Assembly (NCBI GenBank): GCA_963697965.1
Contig: OY969108.1
Location: 2,365,326 to 2,429,325 of the forward strand
Direction of reading: 5' to 3'
Length of the DNA stretch: 64,000 bases
Source: an uncultured delta proteobacterium
GTDB taxonomy: Bacteria > Desulfobacterota > Desulfobaccia > Desulfobaccales > 0-14-0-80-60-11
Of this stretch, positions 9,809 to 17,194 are shown in pieces. Positions within the stretch are counted from its first letter, which is position 1; each line of letters opens with the position of its first letter. Both the position numbers and the translations under genes were made by a program. The notes under the pieces are model-generated. The model saw only the letters and a program-made list of their open reading frames with translations, ran no database searches and was not told the DNA's origin.

Positions 9809-9831
9809 GCCTTCTGAGCTTTTTGGAAATG

Positions 9832-9886
9832 GTGGGCACTGCCCACCCTACATTCTTTTTTGCCAGGGTGGGCAGTGCCCGCCCCA
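9832..9886. repeat. REP-like palindromic repeats (GGTGGGCACTGCCCACCCTAC type)
   Basis: Two GC-rich hairpin units in the hypF-hypC spacer. A related unit lies at 49614-49631. Confidence 0.7.
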
Positions 9887-9913
9887 TAATCCCTCTCTTA
9901 AAGGGGTAAGCTG

Positions 9914-10135
9914 ATGTGCCTCGCCATCCCCATGCGCTTGATTGAGATCGACGGCGCCTGTGGGGTCGCCGAAGTGGACGGCGTCTCCCGGCAAGTCCGT
10001 CTGGACCTGCTCCCGGAAGTCTCCCTGGGAGACTATATCCTGATTCACGCCGGGCTGGCCATCGCCCGGGTGGACGAGGAGCAGGCCCAGGAGACCCTCT
10101 CGGTGTTGCGGAGCCTGGCCGATGAAGTTTATTGA
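9914..10135 (+). CDS. hypC: Hydrogenase assembly chaperone HypC/HupF
   Basis: 73 aa beginning MCLAIP, the canonical N-terminal Cys motif. Confidence 0.95.
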   Translation: MCLAIPMRLIEIDGACGVAEVDGVSRQVRLDLLPEVSLGDYILIHAGLAIARVDEEQAQETLSVLRSLADEVY

Positions 10136-11213
10136 TGAATTCCGCGACAAAGAACTGGTCCAGGAAATCGTCCGCCGCATCGGCCAGTTGAGCCGCGGCC
10201 CCGCAACTATCATGGAGGTCTGCGGCACCCATACCATGGCCGCGGCCCGCTTTGGCTTGAAGTCCTTGTTGCCGGAGGGGCTGCGGCTCATCTCCGGCCC
10301 CGGCTGCCCGGTGTGCGTCACCGCCCAGGATGACCTGGACGCCTTCCTGGCCCTGGGCCGCCAAGCCAATGTGGTGCTCACCTCCTTCGGCGACATGCTC
10401 CGGGTCCCAGGCAGCCGGACCTCCCTGGAACAGCTCCGGGCCCAGGGGGCCGACGTGCGGGTGGTCTATGCCCCTCTGGACGCCGTGGACCTGGCGCGGG
10501 CTGAACCCGGAAAACAGGTGGTCTTTTTCGGGGTGGGGTTCGAAACCACCATGCCCGCGGTGGCCCTGGCCATCAGAGGGGCCGCCCAGCAGCGGCTCGA
10601 GAACTTCTCAGTCCTCTGCGTCCACAAAACCATGCCCGCCGCCCTGCGGGCCCTGCTGGCCAGCGGTGAGGTGCGGGTTTCGGGCCTCCTCTGTCCCGGG
10701 CACGTCACCACCATCATCGGCGCCGACGCCTACGCCTTTATCCCCCGGGAATTCGGCATCCCTTGTGCGGTCGCCGGTTTCGAACCCCTGGACATGCTGC
10801 TCGGCATGGAGGCGATTCTGCGCCAGGTCCAGCAAGGCCGGCCCCGGGTGGACAACGCCTATGGCCGGGCGGTCCAGACCCGGCCCAACCCCCAGGCCCA
10901 GGCCCTGCTGGCCGAGGTCTTTGCCCCCGGCGATGCCAACTGGCGCGGTCTCGGAATCATTGTCGGAAGCGGCGTGCAAATTCGCCAGCCCTACGCCCGT
11001 TTTGACGCCCGCATCAGGTTTTCCGGGGTCTGGCCGCGCCTTACCCCGCCGCCAAAATCCTCGCCTTGCCGCTGCGGCGAGGTGCTGCGAGGGGCGTTGC
11101 GTCCCCAGGAATGCCCCCTGTTCCAGCAGGCCTGCACTCCCGCCCAACCGGTTGGACCCTGCATGGTCTCCAGCGAAGGGGCCTGCGCCGCGGCCTACCG
11201 GTACGATAGATAG
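10122..11213 (+). CDS. hypD: Hydrogenase maturation Fe-S protein HypD
   Basis: 363 aa. Starts MKFIDEFRD and carries the GPGCPVCV and GFETT motifs. Overlaps hypC by 14 nt. Confidence 0.95.
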   Translation: MKFIDEFRDKELVQEIVRRIGQLSRGPATIMEVCGTHTMAAARFGLKSLLPEGLRLISGPGCPVCVTAQDDLDAFLALGRQANVVLTSFGDMLRVPGSRTSLEQLRAQGADVRVVYAPLDAVDLARAEPGKQVVFFGVGFETTMPAVALAIRGAAQQRLENFSVLCVHKTMPAALRALLASGEVRVSGLLCPGHVTTIIGADAYAFIPREFGIPCAVAGFEPLDMLLGMEAILRQVQQGRPRVDNAYGRAVQTRPNPQAQALLAEVFAPGDANWRGLGIIVGSGVQIRQPYARFDARIRFSGVWPRLTPPPKSSPCRCGEVLRGALRPQECPLFQQACTPAQPVGPCMVSSEGACAAAYRYDR

Positions 11214-11296
11214 CCATCAGCTATCAGCTTTCAGCTTTCAGCCATCAGCTAAAGGCAAAAGGCAAAAGGCAAAAAACAAAGAAGGATTTCAAAAAG
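11214..11296 (+). repeat. Mosaic simple-repeat element: (ATCAGCT)n + (AAAGGC)n + GAAGGATTTCAAAAA
   Basis: Fills the hypD-hypE spacer. An inverted copy of the same composite lies at 20621-20693 inside the ABC exporter operon. Confidence 0.8.
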
Positions 11297-11417
11297 GAAC
11301 TGTTTTCCGTATTTTTGTTGCCGGTTGATCCTGAAGATTGAAGGCAAGATCAAGGCCCCGTAATCTGGACGGAAAATGGAAAACGGCAAACGGAAAACGT
11401 TCTAAAGGCTGGGAATC

Positions 11418-12452
11418 ATGTCCGCAGATGCTGGAGAGACGAACCGCAAACCGCAGCAACAGATCCTTCTCAGCCACGGCGCCGGGGGCCGGGAGATGAC
11501 CATGCTCATCGAGCAGGTCTTTCTTTCCAGCTACGGGTCCAAGAATTTTACGGGGGATGACAGCGCCACCCTGCTACTCGGTTCCCACCGCCTGGCCTTC
11601 ACCACCGATTCCTTCGTCGTGGACCCCCTGTTCTTCCCGGGAGGCGACATCGGCCGCCTGGCGGTGGCCGGCACGGTGAACGACCTGCTCACCGCCGCGG
11701 CCCGGCCCCTGGCCCTGTCCGCCTCCTTCATCCTGGAAGAGGGGCTGGAAATCGACACCCTGGCGGCCATCGCCACCTCCATGCAACGGACCGCGGATGA
11801 ATGCGGGGTCACCATTGTCACCGGCGATACCAAGGTGGTCCCCAGGGGCTCGGCGGACAAGGTCTTCATCACCACCGCCGGGGTGGGCCTGGTCCTGCGC
11901 CCCGGGGTTTCCGGCGCCGCCGCGGTCCCCGGGGACAAGATCATCCTCACCGGGTCCGTGGGCGACCACGGCACCGCGGTGATGCTGGCCCGGGAAAAGC
12001 TCCTCGACGGGGAGGCCATTGCCAGCGACGCCGCCCCCCTCACCGACCTGGTGCTGAACCTCATCGAGAGCGGCTGCGCGATCCACGCCATGCGGGATCC
12101 CACCCGGGGCGGCATTGCCGGCTCTCTAAACGAGATCGCCCGCCAATCCCAGGTGTCCATGGAGGTCGAAGAAACCCTCATCCCGGTCAAGCCGGCGGTG
12201 GCCGCGGCCTGCGAGGCCCTGGGGCTCGAGGTCTACCAGGTGGCCTGCGAAGGGAAGATGCTGGTGATAGTAGCCCCTGAGGACGCCGGGCGGGCCGTGG
12301 AGATCATTCAGGGGAGCCGCTACGGCTCCGGGGCCCGTCTCATCGGTGAGGTGAGGGCAGAGTCGCCCGGACGGGTGGCCCTCCGCACCAGCATCGGCAC
12401 CGCCCGCCTTCTGGACCCCCCTTCCGGGGACCTGCTGCCCAGAATTTGTTGA
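11418..12452 (+). CDS. hypE: Hydrogenase maturation protein HypE (carbamoyl dehydratase)
   Basis: 344 aa. AIR-synthase-like fold motifs and the terminal PRIC* motif with the conserved C-terminal Cys. Confidence 0.95.
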   Translation: MSADAGETNRKPQQQILLSHGAGGREMTMLIEQVFLSSYGSKNFTGDDSATLLLGSHRLAFTTDSFVVDPLFFPGGDIGRLAVAGTVNDLLTAAARPLALSASFILEEGLEIDTLAAIATSMQRTADECGVTIVTGDTKVVPRGSADKVFITTAGVGLVLRPGVSGAAAVPGDKIILTGSVGDHGTAVMLAREKLLDGEAIASDAAPLTDLVLNLIESGCAIHAMRDPTRGGIAGSLNEIARQSQVSMEVEETLIPVKPAVAAACEALGLEVYQVACEGKMLVIVAPEDAGRAVEIIQGSRYGSGARLIGEVRAESPGRVALRTSIGTARLLDPPSGDLLPRIC

Positions 12453-12476
12453 GGAAAAAGGACCGGGCGAAGGGCT
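12419..12476 (+). repeat. Left copy of a 58-bp direct repeat (hypE 3' end plus 24 nt)
   Basis: CCCTTCCGGGGACCTGCTGCCCAGAATTTGTTGAGGAAAAAGGACCGGGCGAAGGGCT. It matches 14911-14968 at 54 of 58 positions by hand alignment. Confidence 0.9.
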
Positions 12477-12500
12477 CATACCTCTCTGGCAATATCGCTA

Positions 12501-12878
12501 TCAGGCTGGCGGGTGGGCCTTTCTTTGAAAATTGTCAATGGCCAGCGTTAAGGCCTCGGCTCCCAGATTAGAGCAGTGCATTTTATTTGCGGGTAGGCCC
12601 CCCAGGGTTTCGGCCACCAGTTTGTTGGTAATCTTCTTGGCCTCCTCCAGTTCCTTGCCTTTAGCCATTTCGCTCACCATGCTGGAAACGGCGATTGCGG
12701 CTACACAGCCAAAGGTCTGGAACTTGACGTCCTCCAGGCGGTTGTCTTTGACTTTGATATAAAACGTCATCATATCCCCACAGACGGGATTACCGACCTC
12801 ACCAATGCCGTCAGCATCTTCGATAACCCCGGCATTACGAGGATTGTTGAAATGATCCATCACAGTTTTGCTGTACAT
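12501..12878 (-). CDS. IscU/NifU N-terminal-domain Fe-S cluster scaffold protein
   Basis: 125 aa. Has NPRNAG, GNPVCGD, FGCVAAIA and HCSNLG, i.e. the three conserved Cys plus Asp. Confidence 0.9.
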   Translation of the reverse strand: MYSKTVMDHFNNPRNAGVIEDADGIGEVGNPVCGDMMTFYIKVKDNRLEDVKFQTFGCVAAIAVSSMVSEMAKGKELEEAKKITNKLVAETLGGLPANKMHCSNLGAEALTLAIDNFQRKAHPPA

Positions 12879-12888
12879 GCCAGACTCC

Positions 12889-13311
12889 TTATTTCGCAGG
12901 GCAGGATTCTGCCCCGTTCATCACATCGGCCAGGGTGATGGAATACAACTTGTCGAACAACGCCCGGCCTGCTTCCTTCCAAAGCCAACGTGTCAGGCAA
13001 GTTTGGGAGCGCTCACAAACTTTATCATTATGTGCACACTCCGCTAAACTCGTGCCTTTTTCCAATAAGGCCACGATCTCTCCCACTGTAATCTCTTCCG
13101 GGGCCAGGGCCAGGGCATGGCCACCTTTGGGGCCGCGCACACTCCGGATATAATCGGCCTTCTTCAAGGGAATGATGATCTGCTCCAGATATTTCACCGA
13201 GATTCCCTGCCGCCTGGCGACCTGAGCCAGGTGAATGGGCCCCTGTTCATAATGTTGCGCCATATCCAGCATCAGGCGGGTGCCATAGCGGCTTTTGGCG
13301 GAGAGCTTCAT
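12889..13311 (-). CDS. Rrf2-family transcriptional regulator (IscR/NsrR-like)
   Basis: 140 aa. Starts MKLSAKSRYGTR, has a winged HTH, and carries a C-terminal Cys cluster (C..C.....C) compatible with Fe-S binding. Confidence 0.85.
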   Translation of the reverse strand: MKLSAKSRYGTRLMLDMAQHYEQGPIHLAQVARRQGISVKYLEQIIIPLKKADYIRSVRGPKGGHALALAPEEITVGEIVALLEKGTSLAECAHNDKVCERSQTCLTRWLWKEAGRALFDKLYSITLADVMNGAESCPAK

Positions 13312-13313
13312 GT

Positions 13314-14504
13314 TTAGGCTCCTGCTTCTGCGGCCATTTTCTTCCGCCAGACCGGAGAGAAAGCCCGGAGGTTTTCTACCGCCTGGGGCAGGTGCTTCAG
13401 AACATGGTGCACTTCTGCTTCCTGGTTATCGCGATTCAGGGTAAAAACCAGGGAGCCCTGGGCCACTTCCGGATTGATGCCGATGGCGCCCAAAACCGGC
13501 GAGGTCTTGAGCGCCTTGGAGGCGCAAGCCGAACCCGTGTTGGCATAGATTCCCTGGCTGCTCAACTTGAAAACCAGGGCCTCGCCTTCTATACCTTCAA
13601 AGCAAAAACTGGCATGTCCCGGCAATCTCATTGCCGGATGCCCGGTATAAAAGACGTGGGGGACCTTCTCCTGGACTCCGGCGACCAAAAGATCCCTCAG
13701 CTTTGCCAGGTAGACGGCTTTCTCAGCCAACTCCGGCAAAGCTAGCTCCGCCGCTTTTCCCAGGCCCACAATGCCGGGGATATTCTCGGTACCACCCCGC
13801 CTGCCGTTTTCTTGAATGCCACCGTTGAGCTGGGGCACCAGCCGCAGTTTATTGCGAAAATACAAAGCTCCGATGCCTTTGGGCGCTCCCAGCGCCGGGC
13901 CTGAAATGGTTAACAGATCCACGCCCATCTCTTTGACATCCACCGGCATCTGGCCCACGCTAGCCACGGCATCAGTGTGAAAAGGCACTCCTGCCGCCTG
14001 GCAGACAGCCACCAACTCGGAGATATCCTGGAGGGTGCCGATCTCATTACTGCCGTGACCGATAGAGACCATTACCGTGGCTGCGGTGAGGGCCTTTTTG
14101 AGACGTTCAGGATCAACCCGGCCATATCGGTCTACGGGCAGGAAGGTTACTTCAAAATCGAAAAACTTCTCCAGGAATCTCGCCGAATTAAGCACCGAGT
14201 GGTGTTCGATGGCCGAAACGATCAGGTGTTTGCCTCGCTTCAGAAAATTGGCCAGGGACATACCTTTGATGGCCAGGTTGTTGGCTTCCGCACCCGAGGA
14301 GGTGAAGATAATCTCATCGCTTCGGGCCCCGATTAGCCGGGCCACCTTTTCACGCTGCTCTTCCATGACCTCTTTGATTTCAGATCCGAGGTCATACACG
14401 GCAGAGGGATTGCCAAAACGTTCGACAAAGAAAGGCATCATGGCTGCCAAAACTTCGGGGCGAACCGGGGTGGCCGCCGCGTGATCCATATAGGCTAGTT
14501 TCAT
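13314..14504 (-). CDS. NifS/IscS-like class V aminotransferase-fold protein with substituted PLP-lysine motif
   Basis: 396 aa. Cys-loop TGSACAS is conserved. The canonical SGHK(I/L)xGPKGIGALY reads SGPALGAPKGIGALY, so His-Lys has become Pro-Ala. DA(T/V)Q reads DAVA. Confidence 0.85.
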   Translation of the reverse strand: MKLAYMDHAAATPVRPEVLAAMMPFFVERFGNPSAVYDLGSEIKEVMEEQREKVARLIGARSDEIIFTSSGAEANNLAIKGMSLANFLKRGKHLIVSAIEHHSVLNSARFLEKFFDFEVTFLPVDRYGRVDPERLKKALTAATVMVSIGHGSNEIGTLQDISELVAVCQAAGVPFHTDAVASVGQMPVDVKEMGVDLLTISGPALGAPKGIGALYFRNKLRLVPQLNGGIQENGRRGGTENIPGIVGLGKAAELALPELAEKAVYLAKLRDLLVAGVQEKVPHVFYTGHPAMRLPGHASFCFEGIEGEALVFKLSSQGIYANTGSACASKALKTSPVLGAIGINPEVAQGSLVFTLNRDNQEAEVHHVLKHLPQAVENLRAFSPVWRKKMAAEAGA

Positions 14505-14514
14505 GGCCCTGTCC

Positions 14515-14769
14515 TCAGGATAGCTTCTTTATGTAAAGTTTATAGCAATCATCGCAGGCATCTTCACAGATACCCATGAATTCTTGCCCGTGTTTGGCAC
14601 ACCAGGCTGGGATGTCTTCCAAGGCGCCGTCATAATCGGTCAATATTTCCAGCACCTGGCCCTTCTTCAGGTCTTTCATTAATTCCATCGGCTCCAAGAG
14701 GTGCATCGGGCAAGCACGATAGACCAAATCAGCCGTGGCGTCAGCTGGGCATTGATCCAGGAATTTCAT
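14515..14769 (-). CDS. TusA/SirA-like sulfur-carrier domain protein
   Basis: 84 aa from ATG 14769 (the ORF track extends to 14859). Has a Cys-Pro motif (YRACPMH) followed by KKGQVLEILTD, which is a TusA-like layout. The C-terminus is Cys-rich. Confidence 0.6.
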   Translation of the reverse strand: MKFLDQCPADATADLVYRACPMHLLEPMELMKDLKKGQVLEILTDYDGALEDIPAWCAKHGQEFMGICEDACDDCYKLYIKKLS

Positions 14770-14802
14770 AGCCTCTCTCCAGTGTTGTATTTTTATGTCT
14801 AC

Positions 14803-14822
14803 TAAAATAGTATAGACTATTT
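14803..14822. promoter_or_regulatory. Perfect 20-bp palindrome AAAATAGT-ATAG-ACTATTTT; candidate Rrf2 operator
   Basis: Located immediately downstream of the -10 of the Fe-S module promoter. The module encodes an Rrf2 regulator. Confidence 0.5.
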
Positions 14823-14829
14823 TTATAGA

Positions 14830-14858
14830 GATTATATGCGCCAATTTAGACAAAGTCA
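14830..14858 (-). promoter_or_regulatory. Near-consensus sigma-70-type promoter TTGACT-N17-TATAAT for the Fe-S module
   Basis: On the minus strand, -35 TTGACT is at 14858-14853, the spacer is 17 nt, and -10 TATAAT is at 14835-14830. This is about 60 nt upstream of ATG 14769. Confidence 0.6.
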
Positions 14859-14910
14859 AGAGGAACGATAAAAAATTTAACAGGCGACCCGCAAGTGGCT
14901 CTTAGCCTTG

Positions 14911-14968
14911 CCCTTCCGGGGGCCTGCTGCCCAGAATTTGTTGAGGAAAGAGGACCGGGGGCAGGGCT
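14911..14968 (+). repeat. Right copy of the 58-bp direct repeat (relic hypE terminus)
   Basis: Still reads PSGGLLPRIC-stop in the corresponding frame, against PSGDLLPRIC-stop in hypE. Confidence 0.9.
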
Positions 14969-15212
14969 AAAGTCTTTCGCCTGGTGGCGACTCTCTCACC
15001 TCCTGCATTTTTCTTGGAATTTTTCTTGCAAAACTAAAATACCGCCACTATATATTGTGCAGGTTAACGGGGGGCAACGGCCAGCCGTCTTCCGGCAGGA
15101 AAGTGGCCTGTTCGCCATCTGAGGATTAGGGGATAAAGTCAGGGATATTTTTGGGGTTCGGGGGAAATCCGGTGCCCGGAATCAGTTTTTTTTTCTTTTT
15201 TTTTCCAAACTA

Positions 15213-15241
15213 TTGAAAAACCCTAGTACCCACCATATTTA
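15213..15241 (+). promoter_or_regulatory. Candidate sigma-70-type promoter TTGAAA-N17-TATTTA upstream of the cytochrome operon
   Basis: Hexamers and spacing read by eye. Preceded by a T-rich tract at 15183-15207. Confidence 0.3.
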
Positions 15242-15329
15242 TATTGAAGATGTGTAAGCCGGGTCCAAGCGGACCAGGGCTTAGTTGAAGGCATCCGACA
15301 AAACCTGAATGGTCAAGAAGGAGGAGGCT

Positions 15330-15671
15330 ATGCGAAAACCGGTTCTCTGGGCAATGGCGGGAGTGTTCCTGGGAGCAGCGGTATTGGGGGCCCCCCATGG
15401 CGCCTGGGCTCAAGACGGCAAACAGATTTATGGAGCGAAGTGCGTGGCCTGCCATGGTGAGAATGGGGACGGCAAGGGCGCCCTGTGCAAAAACTTCAAC
15501 CCGCCTCCCAGCAGTTTCACCGACCCCGCGTTCTGGCAGGGAGACGTCAATAAAAAGATTGCCGACGCCATTACTCAGGGTAAGAAACCGATGATGCCGA
15601 TTAAACCGCCCCTGACTCCCGATGAGATCAAGGCGGTTACTGATTATATGACTAAATCTTTCAAAAAATAG
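15330..15671 (+). CDS. Monohaem class I c-type cytochrome, secreted
   Basis: Signal peptide, a single CVACH haem motif and a distal Met region (PMMPI). Start set at ATG 15330, which follows AAGGAGGAGG. Confidence 0.85.
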   Translation: MRKPVLWAMAGVFLGAAVLGAPHGAWAQDGKQIYGAKCVACHGENGDGKGALCKNFNPPPSSFTDPAFWQGDVNKKIADAITQGKKPMMPIKPPLTPDEIKAVTDYMTKSFKK

Positions 15672-15693
15672 AATTGCCCATCGCTGGTTTGTT

Positions 15694-16104
15694 ATGGAGA
15701 GACGCGGATTTTTAAGGCTGTTGGCCTCCATCCTGGGATTAAGCGCCGTCGGCGCTTTTGTCTATCCCTTGTTCCGCTATCTGCTGCCCGTTGAGGCAGC
15801 GCTGGGTCCAAAAAACCTCAGCATCCCCAAGGCCGAGGTCCCGGTAAATGCCACTAAAGATCTGCTGTTAGGCGCTACCCCGATAATCGTCCTCGACATT
15901 CCTGACAAGGGCTACCTGGCCTTTTCCAGGGTCTGCACCCACCTGGGCTGCCTGGTGAAATTTGATAAAGAACGGCAGGAGTTCATCTGCCCCTGCCATG
16001 CGGGCATCTACGACCTGGACGGGAACGTGGTGTCCGGTCCCCCGCCCAAGCCTTTGCGGAAGTTTGCCGTGAAGGTGGAAGGCGATAACCTGGTAATCGG
16101 GTGA
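15694..16104 (+). CDS. Rieske [2Fe-2S] subunit of a cytochrome bc/b6f-type complex
   Basis: Tat-like N-terminus MERRGFLRL, then CTHLGC and CPCHAG boxes. Confidence 0.9.
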   Translation: MERRGFLRLLASILGLSAVGAFVYPLFRYLLPVEAALGPKNLSIPKAEVPVNATKDLLLGATPIIVLDIPDKGYLAFSRVCTHLGCLVKFDKERQEFICPCHAGIYDLDGNVVSGPPPKPLRKFAVKVEGDNLVIG

Positions 16105-16108
16105 CAAG

Positions 16109-17194
16109 ATGATGTCAAGGCTGAGTGAATGGCTGGAGATCAGGTTAGGCTTCGACGAACTGGTCCGCTCGCAGCTCACCGATTACCGGGTTCCCAAGAA
16201 TGTCAATATCTTTTACACCTTGGGCATGGTCGCCCTGGCGGGCTTTGTTTTTCAGGCCTTAACCGGCATTTTGCTGATGTTCTACTACATTCCTGATAGC
16301 AAGGACGCCTTTCAAAGCATTGAGTTTACCATGAACACCGTGCCTTACGGCTGGCTCTTTCGCCTGATGCACGTGATGGGCGCCAACCTCATGGTGGCGG
16401 TAGTCCTCCTCCATATGGGCTCCGTCTTTTTCCTGGGCTCCTATAAGAAACCCAGGGAACTCACCTGGGTGGTGGGGGCCTTGTTGTTGCTCACCGTCCT
16501 GGGCTTTACCTTGAGCGGCTATCTCCTGCCCTGGAGCCAGTTGAGTTTCTGGGCCACCACGGTGGTGACCGATATCCCCTCCGCCTTTCCGCTGGTGGGA
16601 GGGTTGATTAGCAAAATTCTCAGAGGAAGTGAAAACGTTTCGGGGGTGACCCTTAACCGCTTCTTTGCCCTGCACGTCGCCTTTTTCCCCTTCCTGTTCT
16701 CGACCCTCTTCGCCCTGCACGTCTTCCTGGTGAGGAGAATCGGCATCTCCGCGCCTCCCTCTGCCTCCCTGGCGCCGGAGGAGTGGAAGGAATTCCACCA
16801 TGAAAGCCATCCCGACGGGCCTCCCTTTTACCCCGACTATGTTTCCAAAGAAGCCTTCATGGTGATAATTTATCTGATTGTGATGTTTGCCCTAATTTCC
16901 TTGATACCGGCCTTATTCATTCCCCACGACGCCCGCATTCCCGCCGATCCCATGAATACCCCGGAACATATCAGGCCGGAATGGTATTTCCTGGCTCCCT
17001 ATGAAATGCTCAAACTCATCCCCAATAGATTTCTGGGGATCGCCTTGCAGGTGGTTCTGGTGGTGGTTTTTATCTTCTGGCCTTTCATGGATAAATCACA
17101 AAAGGCCACCATCCTCAAGAGGCCGGTTTTGCTGGCCATCTTCCTGGTAACTATCGTGGTCTGGGTAGTACTCACCATCTGGGGGTCTCGCTGA
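16109..17194 (+). CDS. Cytochrome b (fused b6-like N-terminal part plus subunit IV-like part)
   Basis: 361 aa. His pairs in helix B (MHVMG...LLHMG) and helix D (ALHVAF...ALHVFL, 14 residues between them), plus the PEWYFL motif. No Cys at the position of the b6 haem-ci ligand (FYTLG). Confidence 0.9.
   Translation: MMSRLSEWLEIRLGFDELVRSQLTDYRVPKNVNIFYTLGMVALAGFVFQALTGILLMFYYIPDSKDAFQSIEFTMNTVPYGWLFRLMHVMGANLMVAVVLLHMGSVFFLGSYKKPRELTWVVGALLLLTVLGFTLSGYLLPWSQLSFWATTVVTDIPSAFPLVGGLISKILRGSENVSGVTLNRFFALHVAFFPFLFSTLFALHVFLVRRIGISAPPSASLAPEEWKEFHHESHPDGPPFYPDYVSKEAFMVIIYLIVMFALISLIPALFIPHDARIPADPMNTPEHIRPEWYFLAPYEMLKLIPNRFLGIALQVVLVVVFIFWPFMDKSQKATILKRPVLLAIFLVTIVVWVVLTIWGSR

Noticed and set aside
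10535-10550. GGGGTTCGAAACCACC resembles a tRNA T-arm.
   Set aside because: It lies inside hypD and encodes the conserved GFETT motif. No acceptor or anticodon stems can be built around it. I found no tRNA, rRNA or tmRNA-like sequence in the window.
7475-12452. The absence of hypA/hypB and of hydrogenase structural genes next to hypFCDE as an anomaly.
   Set aside because: hyp genes are frequently split between loci, and the window covers only 64 kb. Absence here says nothing about the genome.
14895-15122. 75-aa ORF covering the right 58-bp direct repeat.
   Set aside because: It is in a different frame from the hypE-derived relic, lacks an RBS, and overlaps repeat sequence. It is treated as non-coding.
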